Shown: positions 16,999 to 25,897 of the stretch, piece after piece
Layout of the letters: each line of letters opens with the position of its first letter
How positions within the stretch are numbered: position 1 is the stretch's first letter
Assembly: GCA_038217285.1 (NCBI GenBank)
Contig: JBBQPO010000001.1
Location: 5,841 to 69,840, forward strand
Origin: Chthonomonadales bacterium
GTDB lineage: Bacteria; Armatimonadota; Chthonomonadetes; Chthonomonadales; Chthonomonadaceae
DNA length: 64,000 nt
Direction: 5' to 3'
The notes under the pieces: generated by a model
What the model was told of the DNA's origin: nothing
What the model saw: the letters and a program-made list of their open reading frames with translations, nothing else
Databases searched by the model: none
Program-made: the position numbers and the translations under genes

Positions 16999-19272
16999 CT
17001 ATGTTTCGGCGGATGTGGTTAGTTTCGCCTCCTTCAGGGCAGAATCCTCCGTATCAACGAGAGCTGCGTAGAGGGGGCAGGCGCAGGAGACGGCGAAGAG
17101 GCCCGCCGCTGTCACGACGCCGGAGTCTTTGAATAGCAGCGCGGCGATGATCGTGGCGAGGGTGACTTTGAGCCCCCGCGTCGACCAGGGCCGACGTACC
17201 AGGGCCTGACGCAGAGGAGCGCCGATGAGTGCATGGCCCAGGCCAAGCGGCAGCAACGCGAGGGCGGCAAGCACCCAGAACGGCGGCGAGATCAGCAGCC
17301 GCAGGTTCATGCCGACCTTGCGTACGATGATCTCCGCGAGATAGCCGGGGCCGCGTCCACCCGCCGAGGCCTGGATCGCCGCCCCGAAGTGCGAGCTTGC
17401 GCCGCCGCTACGCGCGGCGTCCAGTACGCCGAAACCGAAGGCCAACGCGAGCCCAAAGCCGACGCAGAGCGCCGCGAGCCCGAACGTGACCCGACGCCCA
17501 CATAGCAGCGCCAGCCCTACGCCGAACCCCGCGCCGGTGCAGGCCAGACTGCCCGCGTTCGCGCCCCAGCCGGGCCAGCCGAGCGCCACCATCATACCCA
17601 GCCAGCCTACGCCGATCAGCAGGCGCAGTTTCCGCCCGGTCGCGTCCGGCGGAAACTTCAGACGGCGGTCGTCGAGCAGTGCGAACATGCCGCTCAGCGC
17701 CGAGGCCAGCAGCGGCCCCAGATACTCGTTGCCGATCCCATAGTAGCGCAGTCCGGAGATCGCGTCACTGCAGAGCGGAGAGTCCTTCTGCAGCGGCTGG
17801 CCCAGGCCGATGTCCACCATGAGCACGGCGATCAGGAGAAGTGACGCCCCGACAGGCGGCGACACGCGCAGTACGCGGGAGATCAGGTAACTGCCGACGG
17901 TCAGCGCGCCCATCCAGGCCGCGATGCGCAGGGCGTACTCCTCGGCCGTCGGTGGGATCAGAATCGGCGCGAGCAGGGTGGCGGCGGTCAGGCTCTGCAG
18001 GGTGACGATGGCCCAGGCGAGGCGTCGGGCAGACTGCGGCCCCTGCGTTCGCCGCAAGACCATGCCGACAACGATCAGCAGCAGGCAGAGGAGCGTCAGC
18101 GGCGCGAGGCCCCAGGTCTTGACCGCTTCGTTCAGCGCCGAGACGAACTCCTTGCGCGCCACCGTCGCCAGGCGCTCCTCGGCGGTACGCTCTGTCGCCG
18201 TCACCTGGAGTGGCCGTCCGACCATGGTGCTCGGAATCGGGGCGTGGAGGAGACGCAGTACGGTCGGGGCGATATCGACATTGGCGATCAGGCCGGCGGT
18301 GCGCGTCGTGGCGGAGGTGAGCAGCCCGGCACCAAAATTCGGCCCGGTGGCGATCACCGGCGTCAGGCGCGTCCAGGGCACAGGGTAGCGATGCGGTTCG
18401 GCGGGTGGGTAAGACGAGACGAGGAGCAGATCGGTGTGGGAATGCGCGCGCATCCAGGGCAGGAGCAGCGACAGCATCAGATCCAGGCGCTGGAGGGCGT
18501 CGTGTCGTGCCTGCCGATAGGCCAATGGCGAGAGCCGGGGCCGGGCCGCTTCTGCCCGCGTCAGATCCCCCAACTGCAGCACGACCAGCCCGGCGTCCGA
18601 TTCGGTGAGGGACTGCAGCAGCAGCAGCGGATCGTCCACGATGCCGAACGGACTGCCCGGATGTTCGCGTCTGCTCCCTACTCTGCCCGCGCCGATCCCG
18701 ACGGCATCAACCGTCAGCAGGGCCGCACGACGGTCAGGCGTATCGGTGTCGGCGTTTCCGTAAACCTCAGCGCGCACGGGCGGAATGGCCTGCGGCAGAG
18801 CCGCGCCCAGCCGCTCGGCCGCCAGCCCGCGCCGCTCCAGCCCCGCCATACCAAGATGCCAGACAGGGTTAGGCGGCAGGGCTTTGCCGGTCGGCAGGTC
18901 TCCCATGCGGCGCACATAGACCGCGCGCGCGGTGCCGTGTTCGCCCAGAACCATCTCGTTGTCATCGCCTGCCTGCGCGTCGGTCGGTTCGCTCCGGGCC
19001 TGCTCCCCGGTCGCCAGGGTCAAGGTGGCGGAGAGAGACGAGCGCGGTCCGGGCACGACATCATTCATCACTCCGATAGCGCCTAGTCCTGCCCAGGCCC
19101 GCAGCCCTGCGCCGTCCACGCCCTGCAGATCGTCCATCGTCAGCCCGTCGCAGAGTACCAACACGACCCTCGGTCGCTCCTGTGCAGGAGCGACCAAGGG
19201 CCAGACGAGCAGAGCCAGGAATAGCACAATGCGAAAGGCTCCGAGCGCCAGGAAGCAGGCGATGGAATGCAT
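16999..19272 (-). CDS. Large membrane protein: N-terminal extracytoplasmic domain (alkaline-phosphatase-superfamily-like?) plus a C-terminal polytopic region
   Basis: I chose the start MHSIACFLALGAFRIVLFLALLVWPLVAPAQ (signal/anchor) at 19272, codon 162 of the 918-aa ORF. The upstream 161 codons are translated repeats. The segment RVVLVLCDGLTMDD resembles the metal-binding start of AP-superfamily enzymes. The C-terminal ~350 aa are strongly hydrophobic. Confidence 0.55.
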   Translation of the reverse strand: MHSIACFLALGAFRIVLFLALLVWPLVAPAQERPRVVLVLCDGLTMDDLQGVDGAGLRAWAGLGAIGVMNDVVPGPRSSLSATLTLATGEQARSEPTDAQAGDDNEMVLGEHGTARAVYVRRMGDLPTGKALPPNPVWHLGMAGLERRGLAAERLGAALPQAIPPVRAEVYGNADTDTPDRRAALLTVDAVGIGAGRVGSRREHPGSPFGIVDDPLLLLQSLTESDAGLVVLQLGDLTRAEAARPRLSPLAYRQARHDALQRLDLMLSLLLPWMRAHSHTDLLLVSSYPPAEPHRYPVPWTRLTPVIATGPNFGAGLLTSATTRTAGLIANVDIAPTVLRLLHAPIPSTMVGRPLQVTATERTAEERLATVARKEFVSALNEAVKTWGLAPLTLLCLLLIVVGMVLRRTQGPQSARRLAWAIVTLQSLTAATLLAPILIPPTAEEYALRIAAWMGALTVGSYLISRVLRVSPPVGASLLLIAVLMVDIGLGQPLQKDSPLCSDAISGLRYYGIGNEYLGPLLASALSGMFALLDDRRLKFPPDATGRKLRLLIGVGWLGMMVALGWPGWGANAGSLACTGAGFGVGLALLCGRRVTFGLAALCVGFGLALAFGFGVLDAARSGGASSHFGAAIQASAGGRGPGYLAEIIVRKVGMNLRLLISPPFWVLAALALLPLGLGHALIGAPLRQALVRRPWSTRGLKVTLATIIAALLFKDSGVVTAAGLFAVSCACPLYAALVDTEDSALKEAKLTTSAET

Positions 19273-19453
19273 TGTTGAGCACGTGACGGACAGGCGTGAG
19301 CGACAGCAGGCAAGCGATGGAATGAATTCCGTTCGCATGTGACCCGCCCGACGGAATCGACAGCAGGCGAGCGATGGAATGAATTCCGTTCGCATGCGAC
19401 CCGTCCGACGGAAGCGACAGCAGGCGAGCGATGGAATGAATTCCTTCGCTAGG
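19258..19453. repeat. 57-bp tandem repeat, ~3.4 copies (19301, 19358, 19415, plus a degenerate copy overlapping the start codon at 19272)
   Basis: Copies 19301-19357 and 19358-19414 differ at 4 of 57 positions. The third copy is truncated at 19453. The unit contains the hairpin AGCGATGGAATGAATTCCGTTCGC. Confidence 0.9.
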
Positions 19454-19490
19454 AGCCTTCGGCTGAGTGACCGCCTTCGCGGGCACAAAG
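19427..19490. repeat. Dispersed two-hairpin element, copy 1 (second copy at 63927-63992)
   Basis: The 27-nt core AGCGATGGAATGAATTCCTTCGCTAGG is identical to 63927-63953. The tail GAGTGACCGCCTTCGCGGGCACAAAG matches 63967-63992 with 1 mismatch. Confidence 0.85.
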
Positions 19491-19536
19491 CACTGACTGC
19501 AACCCTGTCTCTCGTCCGTGAGGACGATCCGGCGGA

Positions 19537-19697
19537 GCCGTGTAGCGAGGGGTGATAACCCCTTGACCGCCCCAAGACGCTGGTGTCGCCTCGTCCGACG
19601 GGCTTCCTGCCGAACCCGCGTAGCGAGGGGTAACACCCCCTGGCTGCCGAACACGCGTGGCGAGGGGGAACACCCCTTGGCCTTCGCGGGCACAAAG
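19537..19697. repeat. Three GC-hairpin units (GCGAGGGG-loop-CCCCT) plus a second copy of CCTTCGCGGGCACAAAG
   Basis: Units start at ~19539, 19617 and 19654 (AGGGGTgataACCCCT, AGGGGtaacaCCCCT, AGGGGgaacaCCCCT). The 17-mer CCTTCGCGGGCACAAAG occurs at 19474-19490 and 19681-19697. Confidence 0.8.
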
Positions 19698-19767
19698 ACG
19701 TTGCATTTCGAAAAAGCAATGGCTCTGGAACCGATAGGCCGATCTCTCTCTTCATGGGTGGCGCGCT

Positions 19768-22485
19768 CTACTTGACGCCAGCGGCGCGCTGGGCGCGGAT
19801 CAGGCCGGGTACGGCGGTGAGGGCCTCGGTGAGTTTGCCGGGATCGCGTCCACCCGCCTGCGCAAAGTCGGCGCGCCCGCCTCCACCCCCGCCCGTCATC
19901 TTCGCGACCTCGCGCACCAGATTGCCCGCATGCAGGCCCTGGGCGATCAGGTCGGGCGTCACCTTGGCGGCGAACGAGACCTTGCCGGCGTTGACCGTGC
20001 CGAGCACGATGACCGCCGAATGGAGTTTCTGCGCCGTGCTGTCGGCGAGATTGGCGAGCATCTCGGGGTCGGCGTTGTCGAGCTGCTGAACGACGACCGC
20101 GATGCCGTCCAGGTTTTGTGGCGTCAGATCTGCCTCATGGGCCGAGCCGCCGCCCGCCCGAAGCTGCCGGTTCTGTTTCTCCAGCTCCTGGCGCTGCGCC
20201 AGCAGGCGCTCCGTCGCGGTGAGGACATCGTTGATGTTCGCTTTGAGCAGCCCGGCGAGTTGCGCCAGCGTCTCTTCTTGTCGCTGCACGAACTCATACG
20301 CGCCCACGCCGGTCACGGCCTCGATACGCCGTACCCCCGACGCCACGCCCGACTCCGAGACGATCTTGAACAGACCGACCTGGGAGGTGCGCGCCAGATG
20401 GATGCCTCCACACAGTTCCAAACTGAAGCCAGGGATCTCGACCATCCGCACAGAGTCGCCGTACTTCTCGCCGAAGAGGGCCATCGCCCCACGAGCACGC
20501 GCCTCTGCAATCGGGATGTCGGTAAAGATCGTCACTTCGGCGTCGTCCAGCACGTGCGCGTTGACCATCTCCTCGACGCGGCGAAGCTCGGCAGCGGTCA
20601 TCGGCTGGGTGTGGGTGAAGTCGAAGCGCAGACGCTCGGGCGCGACGAGCGAGCCTTTCTGATGCACATGGCCGCCCAGCGTCTGCCGGAGCGCAGCCTG
20701 GAGCAGGTGCGTCGCGGTATGGTTGCGCACGATGTGCCGCCGACGGGTGGCGTCCACGGTCGCGGTGACGGTCTGCCCGACGGTCGCCTCGCCTTCCAGC
20801 ACCTTACCGGTATGGAAGAAGACGCCGCCGGTCTTTTTGGTGTCGGTGACCTCGATCTTCAGGGTGCAGGTGGTGTCGCCGCCGGGAGCAGTGAGAAGGC
20901 CGGTGTCGCCGACCTGTCCGCCCGACTCCGCGTAGAAGGGGGTCCGGTCGAGGGCCACGGTGATGGTTTCGCCCGCCCGCGCGAAGCTGACCTGCTCGCC
21001 GCCGCTCAGCAGCGCGACGATCTTGCTCTCCGCCGTGGTCTGGCTGTAGCCGAGGAACTGCGTCGGCGCGTCGAGGGTCAACGGTGTGCCGCCAGAGGTG
21101 ACGAAGACCTCTTTCTCGCCGCCCGCCGCACGGGAGCGTTCCCGCTGCTCGGTCATGGCGGCTTCGAAGCCCGCCATGTCGAGAGCAAACCCGTGCTCCT
21201 GCGCTATCTCTTCCGTCAGGCGCAGGGGAAAACCGAAGGTGTCGTAGAGGGAGAAGATCTCGCGGCCAGGCAGGATCTTCGACGCCTGCAGCGCGGGGTT
21301 CGACAGCATCTCTTCCAGACGGCTCATGCCGTTGTCGAGGGTCTTGCGGAAGCCCTCTTCCTCGCGCTGGATCGTCTTGAGGATCAGTTCGCGACGCTCG
21401 TGGAGATCGGGATAGAAGTCGCCCATCTGCGCGATGATCTTCGGCGCGACCTCGTGCAGGAACGGCGCGTCGAAGCCCAGTACCGACTTGCCGTAGCGAA
21501 TGGCGCGGCGCATGATGTAGCGCAGCACGTAGCCGCGACCTTCGTTGGACGGCAGGATGCCATCGGCGATACAGAAGGTCATCGAGCGCGTATGCTCCGC
21601 CACCACCCGGAACGCGAAATCGACAGGATCCATCGTGCCGCCATAGGGCTTGCCGGAGAGGGTCGCGATCTGCTCCAGCGTCGGGCCGAACAGGTCGGTT
21701 TCGAAGACGCTGCTCTTCTGCTGGGAGACCAGCGCGATCCGGTCGAGGCCAGCGCCGGTGTCGTTGTTCTTCTTCGGCAGGGGGGTCAGCAGGGGCGCAC
21801 CGCTCGGCTCCTCGCTGCGGTCGAACTGGGTGAAAACGTTGTTCCAGACCTCGAGCCAGCGGCCCGCGCTGTCATCGACGAGGTAGCGCTCGGTGGGAGT
21901 CAGCGCGGGATCGGATGTCATCTCCTCCAGCGGCGCGACGCGATAGAAGACTTCGGAGCAGGGCCCGCACGGCCCGTTCGGCCCCTCGATGATGGCGTTG
22001 GCGGGCCAGAAATTCTTGTCCGCACCCAGCCGATGGATGCGATCCTCGGGCAGCCCAATGACTTCGTTCCAAATCTTAAACGCCTCGTCGTCCTCGACAT
22101 AGACCGTGACGCAGAACCGGTCCTTGTCCAGCCCGACCACCTCCGTCAAAAACTCCCAGGTCCACGGGATTACTTCCGCCTTGAAGTAGTCGCCGAAGCT
22201 GAAGTTGCCAAGCATCTCGAAGAGCGTGCAGTGTGAGTAGTCACCGACGCTGTCGATATCGTTCGTGCGCAGGCACTTCTGCACCGTCACAACACGGGAC
22301 TGCGGCGGCGTGGCGGCTCCCGTGAAGAAGGGCTTGAACTGCTGCATGCCCGCACTGGTAAAGAGGGTCGAGGTATCGGGGTTGCCGAGCGCATCCACCG
22401 GGGTCAACGGCGCGCCCGGCAGAGGCAGATGTCCCCTGCTCTGAAAAAACTCGATATACTTCTGGCGTATCTCATGCGCTAACAT
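19768..22485 (-). CDS. alaS: Alanine--tRNA ligase
   Basis: I chose the start MLAHEIRQKYIEFFQSRGH at 22485. Class II motifs are present (GMQQFKPFF, WNNVFTQFDR). The editing domain shows HTATHLL and CGGIH. There is a C-terminal DHHA1-like region. Confidence 0.95.
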   Translation of the reverse strand: MLAHEIRQKYIEFFQSRGHLPLPGAPLTPVDALGNPDTSTLFTSAGMQQFKPFFTGAATPPQSRVVTVQKCLRTNDIDSVGDYSHCTLFEMLGNFSFGDYFKAEVIPWTWEFLTEVVGLDKDRFCVTVYVEDDEAFKIWNEVIGLPEDRIHRLGADKNFWPANAIIEGPNGPCGPCSEVFYRVAPLEEMTSDPALTPTERYLVDDSAGRWLEVWNNVFTQFDRSEEPSGAPLLTPLPKKNNDTGAGLDRIALVSQQKSSVFETDLFGPTLEQIATLSGKPYGGTMDPVDFAFRVVAEHTRSMTFCIADGILPSNEGRGYVLRYIMRRAIRYGKSVLGFDAPFLHEVAPKIIAQMGDFYPDLHERRELILKTIQREEEGFRKTLDNGMSRLEEMLSNPALQASKILPGREIFSLYDTFGFPLRLTEEIAQEHGFALDMAGFEAAMTEQRERSRAAGGEKEVFVTSGGTPLTLDAPTQFLGYSQTTAESKIVALLSGGEQVSFARAGETITVALDRTPFYAESGGQVGDTGLLTAPGGDTTCTLKIEVTDTKKTGGVFFHTGKVLEGEATVGQTVTATVDATRRRHIVRNHTATHLLQAALRQTLGGHVHQKGSLVAPERLRFDFTHTQPMTAAELRRVEEMVNAHVLDDAEVTIFTDIPIAEARARGAMALFGEKYGDSVRMVEIPGFSLELCGGIHLARTSQVGLFKIVSESGVASGVRRIEAVTGVGAYEFVQRQEETLAQLAGLLKANINDVLTATERLLAQRQELEKQNRQLRAGGGSAHEADLTPQNLDGIAVVVQQLDNADPEMLANLADSTAQKLHSAVIVLGTVNAGKVSFAAKVTPDLIAQGLHAGNLVREVAKMTGGGGGGRADFAQAGGRDPGKLTEALTAVPGLIRAQRAAGVK

Positions 22486-22720
22486 GGTGTCTGGTTGCTC
22501 CGATAAGGTGATCTGTTGCCGTATAAGACAGAGGCGAGGCCAGTATAGTATACACGACAACGTCAAATCGAAGACAGCGCCGGTTTCAGGCCAAGGGCTG
22601 TTTGAGCTTCTTTTGGAAGAACCAACCTGCCGTTCGGCTCAACCGTCGCGTGATACTGTAATGTTGCCATGCTTTATGCCTCTTGTAGTTAAACTGCACC
22701 CTCTCTGTTCACGACATCAT

Positions 22721-25700
22721 TTATACACCGGATGCGATGACGCTGTGGAGCATTGTAGAAATGTATGACGTTTTGTCTTCGACCTGGAAGAGAACGTTGC
22801 GACTTGCAAACTCCGCTTTCTCATCGGCGGCCCACCAGCCGACTGACTTGAATGGAGTTGTCGAGACGATGAAGGAGTTCAGGACGACACTGGGGTCGCC
22901 CAGACGTGCCTCCAGCTCTTTGATGGTCTTGTAGAAGGCGATCTTCGGATCGTTTAGCCCGGCAAGATTGCGAATTCCTTTGGGGTCGATGAAGGTCACG
23001 AACTGTCGGTCGCCTTCGACAAGCCAGAGGATAAAGTCGGGATAGAAGTTGCCCGCCTCGAAGAAGCCGATGCCTCGGCCACGGCTCATATTGCGGAGAA
23101 GGTAGAGTTCGCGCCCCTGGAAGAACTCGCTATGGCTCTCATAGAACTTACGAAGGTCTTCGACGAAGTCGCGCTCGCCGACATTCAGTGGAACCGGCGT
23201 GATCTCCAGCAGTTTGTTCTTGAGATGCAGCAACGGTCTGTAGAGATGTCGGGAGAACCCGAGCGCCACAAGCGAATCGAAACTCCAGCCATCCTCGCGG
23301 AGTTGTCCGGAGGTAACCAGTGATTTCAGTTCCGTCAGTTTGGCGACGACCTCCTCCCGTTCCTGGTCTACCCAGATTCGGTACTGCTGGATGAAGTTCG
23401 GGTCGTCGGGAGCAATCTCTCGGTACTGCGTATGGGGCCGTTCGAACTCCGCTTTGCGGTAGAGATAGAGCCTTTCCACGTATTTCTTGAGCAGGGCGAC
23501 AGCGATCTCCTGCCAGCGACGCACCTTACCGAAATCGGTAAAATCCAGTTCCGCTGCCGGAATGTAGAGCGTATACCAGTCGTCGCGTTGGAGTATCTCA
23601 GAGACAGCCTCTCGGGAGAGGTTCAGGTTATACCAGGAACGCTCCGCCTTGTAGTTCTGCAGCGCAAACCAGATTTCGTCCCAATTGAAGAACGCCGTAT
23701 GGAGAGGCGTCAACTTGTGCGTCTCCAGAGCGCTCTCATCCGCTGGACGGCCTGTTCCCTTGCTCTGTTGCGCTTGAATCCTGGGATACCAGTTCAATGA
23801 AACCGGCGGCAATCCTCCGGCTGGGGGCTCCAGATTCGGTTTCGTTCCCTGCCGCTTAAAATCAACATCCTTCGGAACGTCCAGCACTTTTAATCTCCTT
23901 GATCCAAGGTTGTTGATGACCGGAAGTTCGAAAACGTCTTCTGAATCGCCAGGGGGAACACCCTCCTCTTCAAGCATCTCCTTAAACTGGGTCATGTAGT
24001 CGGCACGAACGCCGAACACATTCAGGGTTTCCAGGAAACGAAGGGACTTCGGCGGTTTGGGATTCAGTTCTAGCATGGACGAGCGTTTCAAGCTCATCTC
24101 ATGCCCCTTCAGGCGCACGCCACGCCCGAAAAGCTGAATGATCTGCGATCCTTCCGAGCGCCCGATGTTCATCAGTCCCATCGTCGAGACCCGCCAACTG
24201 TTCCAGCCTTCTGTAAACTTACGAGAACCGATGAGGATGTTGACCCTGGAATCTTTATCGTTGAGGCGTGCGAAGACCGAACCGCTAAACTGCTTCTCCC
24301 CGGTTATTAGCCCGGCCGCTTCGCAAAGCGCGTGTAGCCTCGGAGCGTCGCCGACGTTGATGACGCCAAAAGCCTCATTGTCGCCCAGACGCAGAGTCAA
24401 CTCGCCGTTCGAGCCTTTGAGCAGATCCACATGGAGAGCGGCCTGGAAGGGAGCATTGCATACCAGATCCAGGATACCTTCGTAGGCTTGCTGACCGGTC
24501 ATCCCCGACGTGTTCAAGTAATCGAAGGCGCCGGAGCCAAAAACGGAGCGGCCCTTCTGATCTCGCAAAGAGCCATCGTAGTTCAGGAGCCTCTGCAAGC
24601 GAACAACCGATTTCGCGCCTGCATTCGCAATGAACTCTTTGAAGAAGAGCAGCACCGTGGTGACGTCCGAGACTTCGCGTTTGTCCTCTGTGCGAACGGC
24701 ATTCACGCTGCCGCCGACGAAGATGGCGAGAGGCTTTTCCAGCAGGAACTTCGCAAATTCGGCACCCTTATCTTTGTATAAGCGGATCTGCTGATAGAAG
24801 GAGAGCAGGCAGGCGGTCAGGTAGAGATTCCGTATCTCGGCATCCTGGTCCTCTACGAGGTTCAGGATGCGATACTCTTTCCCGTAGCCGTCGCGATAGA
24901 AATACTTGTAGGAGTAGTCGAACAAGATACACCGCGCATACTCCTGCTCTAGTTTCCGTTGCGTGGCTCCGGCAGCGGCACGGACGACCTGGCCGAAAGT
25001 CGCAGAGTATTCAAAGGAAAAGCCCTGCTCGGCGAGCCTGTCACGCATCGACTTCCAGACTTCGCCGCTTGCACCGCGATGGCCTTCGTCTACCAGCACC
25101 AGGTTGTTACCTTCGAAGGCTTCGATAGCGACCGCCTTATCGCCCATCTCTTCCTTGAGTTTGGTGATCTCGATGACCTCGACAGCCTTGCCGGAGAAGA
25201 GCGATGCGCCGTCCTTCCGGAAGATGTCGGCTTCGATACCGGACTTCGCGAACTCCTCCAGGTGCTGCCGTGACAGCCCTTCGTTCGGCGTCAACAGGAT
25301 GATTCGGTTCAGGTCGCGCCCGCGCCCATGAGAGTTCAGATAGTGCTTGTACTGGAGGATATTGACGTGCATGAGCAGCGTTTTGCCGGAACCGGTGGCG
25401 CTCCAAAACGCGATTTTCCGCAGGTCTTCCAGTTTGTAAAGCTCAATGCCCGCAGCGTTGTCTCGATTGAACTCCCTGGAGAATGTATTCAAGTCAGCCA
25501 GCAAGCCGTTGAGATCCCGGAAATAGCGGTCGAGATAGATCTCGGCAAAAAGCAGGCTGAGATACTGGAAATACTTCCACTGCATCGGCTCGGGGCGACT
25601 TGCACTGATCGTCTGCGTATGCCGGACGATATTGTTGTCGTAGCGCAGGAGGTCGTCGTCCCGCAAATTGGCGCGTTCGACCGTCCGGTTGACCAACTGT

Positions 25701-25897
25701 TTGTGCAGGTGCGAGACGTTATCAACGTCAAGCCCTTCCAACTCCGGTCGCTTCAACTCCGAGGCAAGGTCTTCAAACCGCTCGACTTCGAAAAGCGACA
25801 GCATCCAGCGCACAAGAACCAGCTTCTGGTCGAAGCGCAAGGCAGGAGCAAGCATCTGCGGTTGCCCCGCATAGACCTGGGTGCGAGCGCGCCGCAT
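22721..25897 (-). CDS. SF2 helicase fused to a C-terminal PD-(D/E)xK nuclease, type III Res-like (1058 aa)
   Basis: Walker A SATGSGKT (25379-25399), DEGH (25079-25090), YSATF, and motif VI QLFGRGVRL. C-terminal nuclease signature YPDF...FIDPKG (22979-23041). The start ATG shares one nucleotide with the RhuM stop (TGATG). Confidence 0.8.
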   Translation of the reverse strand: MRRARTQVYAGQPQMLAPALRFDQKLVLVRWMLSLFEVERFEDLASELKRPELEGLDVDNVSHLHKQLVNRTVERANLRDDDLLRYDNNIVRHTQTISASRPEPMQWKYFQYLSLLFAEIYLDRYFRDLNGLLADLNTFSREFNRDNAAGIELYKLEDLRKIAFWSATGSGKTLLMHVNILQYKHYLNSHGRGRDLNRIILLTPNEGLSRQHLEEFAKSGIEADIFRKDGASLFSGKAVEVIEITKLKEEMGDKAVAIEAFEGNNLVLVDEGHRGASGEVWKSMRDRLAEQGFSFEYSATFGQVVRAAAGATQRKLEQEYARCILFDYSYKYFYRDGYGKEYRILNLVEDQDAEIRNLYLTACLLSFYQQIRLYKDKGAEFAKFLLEKPLAIFVGGSVNAVRTEDKREVSDVTTVLLFFKEFIANAGAKSVVRLQRLLNYDGSLRDQKGRSVFGSGAFDYLNTSGMTGQQAYEGILDLVCNAPFQAALHVDLLKGSNGELTLRLGDNEAFGVINVGDAPRLHALCEAAGLITGEKQFSGSVFARLNDKDSRVNILIGSRKFTEGWNSWRVSTMGLMNIGRSEGSQIIQLFGRGVRLKGHEMSLKRSSMLELNPKPPKSLRFLETLNVFGVRADYMTQFKEMLEEEGVPPGDSEDVFELPVINNLGSRRLKVLDVPKDVDFKRQGTKPNLEPPAGGLPPVSLNWYPRIQAQQSKGTGRPADESALETHKLTPLHTAFFNWDEIWFALQNYKAERSWYNLNLSREAVSEILQRDDWYTLYIPAAELDFTDFGKVRRWQEIAVALLKKYVERLYLYRKAEFERPHTQYREIAPDDPNFIQQYRIWVDQEREEVVAKLTELKSLVTSGQLREDGWSFDSLVALGFSRHLYRPLLHLKNKLLEITPVPLNVGERDFVEDLRKFYESHSEFFQGRELYLLRNMSRGRGIGFFEAGNFYPDFILWLVEGDRQFVTFIDPKGIRNLAGLNDPKIAFYKTIKELEARLGDPSVVLNSFIVSTTPFKSVGWWAADEKAEFASRNVLFQVEDKTSYISTMLHSVIASGV

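Noticed and set aside
15930-17132. 400-aa plus-strand ORF.
   Set aside because: It is antisense to the DUF1080 gene, which has a signal peptide and the family hallmark. Only its first ~13 codons, the IS3-like scar, look meaningful.
19301-19453. Possible CRISPR array, because of regularly spaced repeats that contain a palindrome.
   Set aside because: The intervening segments are themselves repeated (GACCCGCCCGACGGAAT versus GACCCGTCCGACGGAAG). It is therefore a 57-bp tandem repeat with no unique spacers, it has only ~3 units, and there are no cas genes in the window.
16999-19755. The full 918-aa ORF as the real coding sequence of the membrane protein.
   Set aside because: The first 161 codons are translations of the tandem and hairpin repeats (EFIPSLACCRFRR x3, PLATRVR-type peptides in another frame), with Arg/Cys-rich non-protein-like composition. 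A proper signal/anchor sequence starts at the ATG at 19272.
19930-22236. 768-aa plus-strand ORF.
   Set aside because: It is antisense to alaS, which is unambiguous. The ORF is Arg/Gly/Ala/Leu-rich, as expected for the opposite strand of a high-GC gene.
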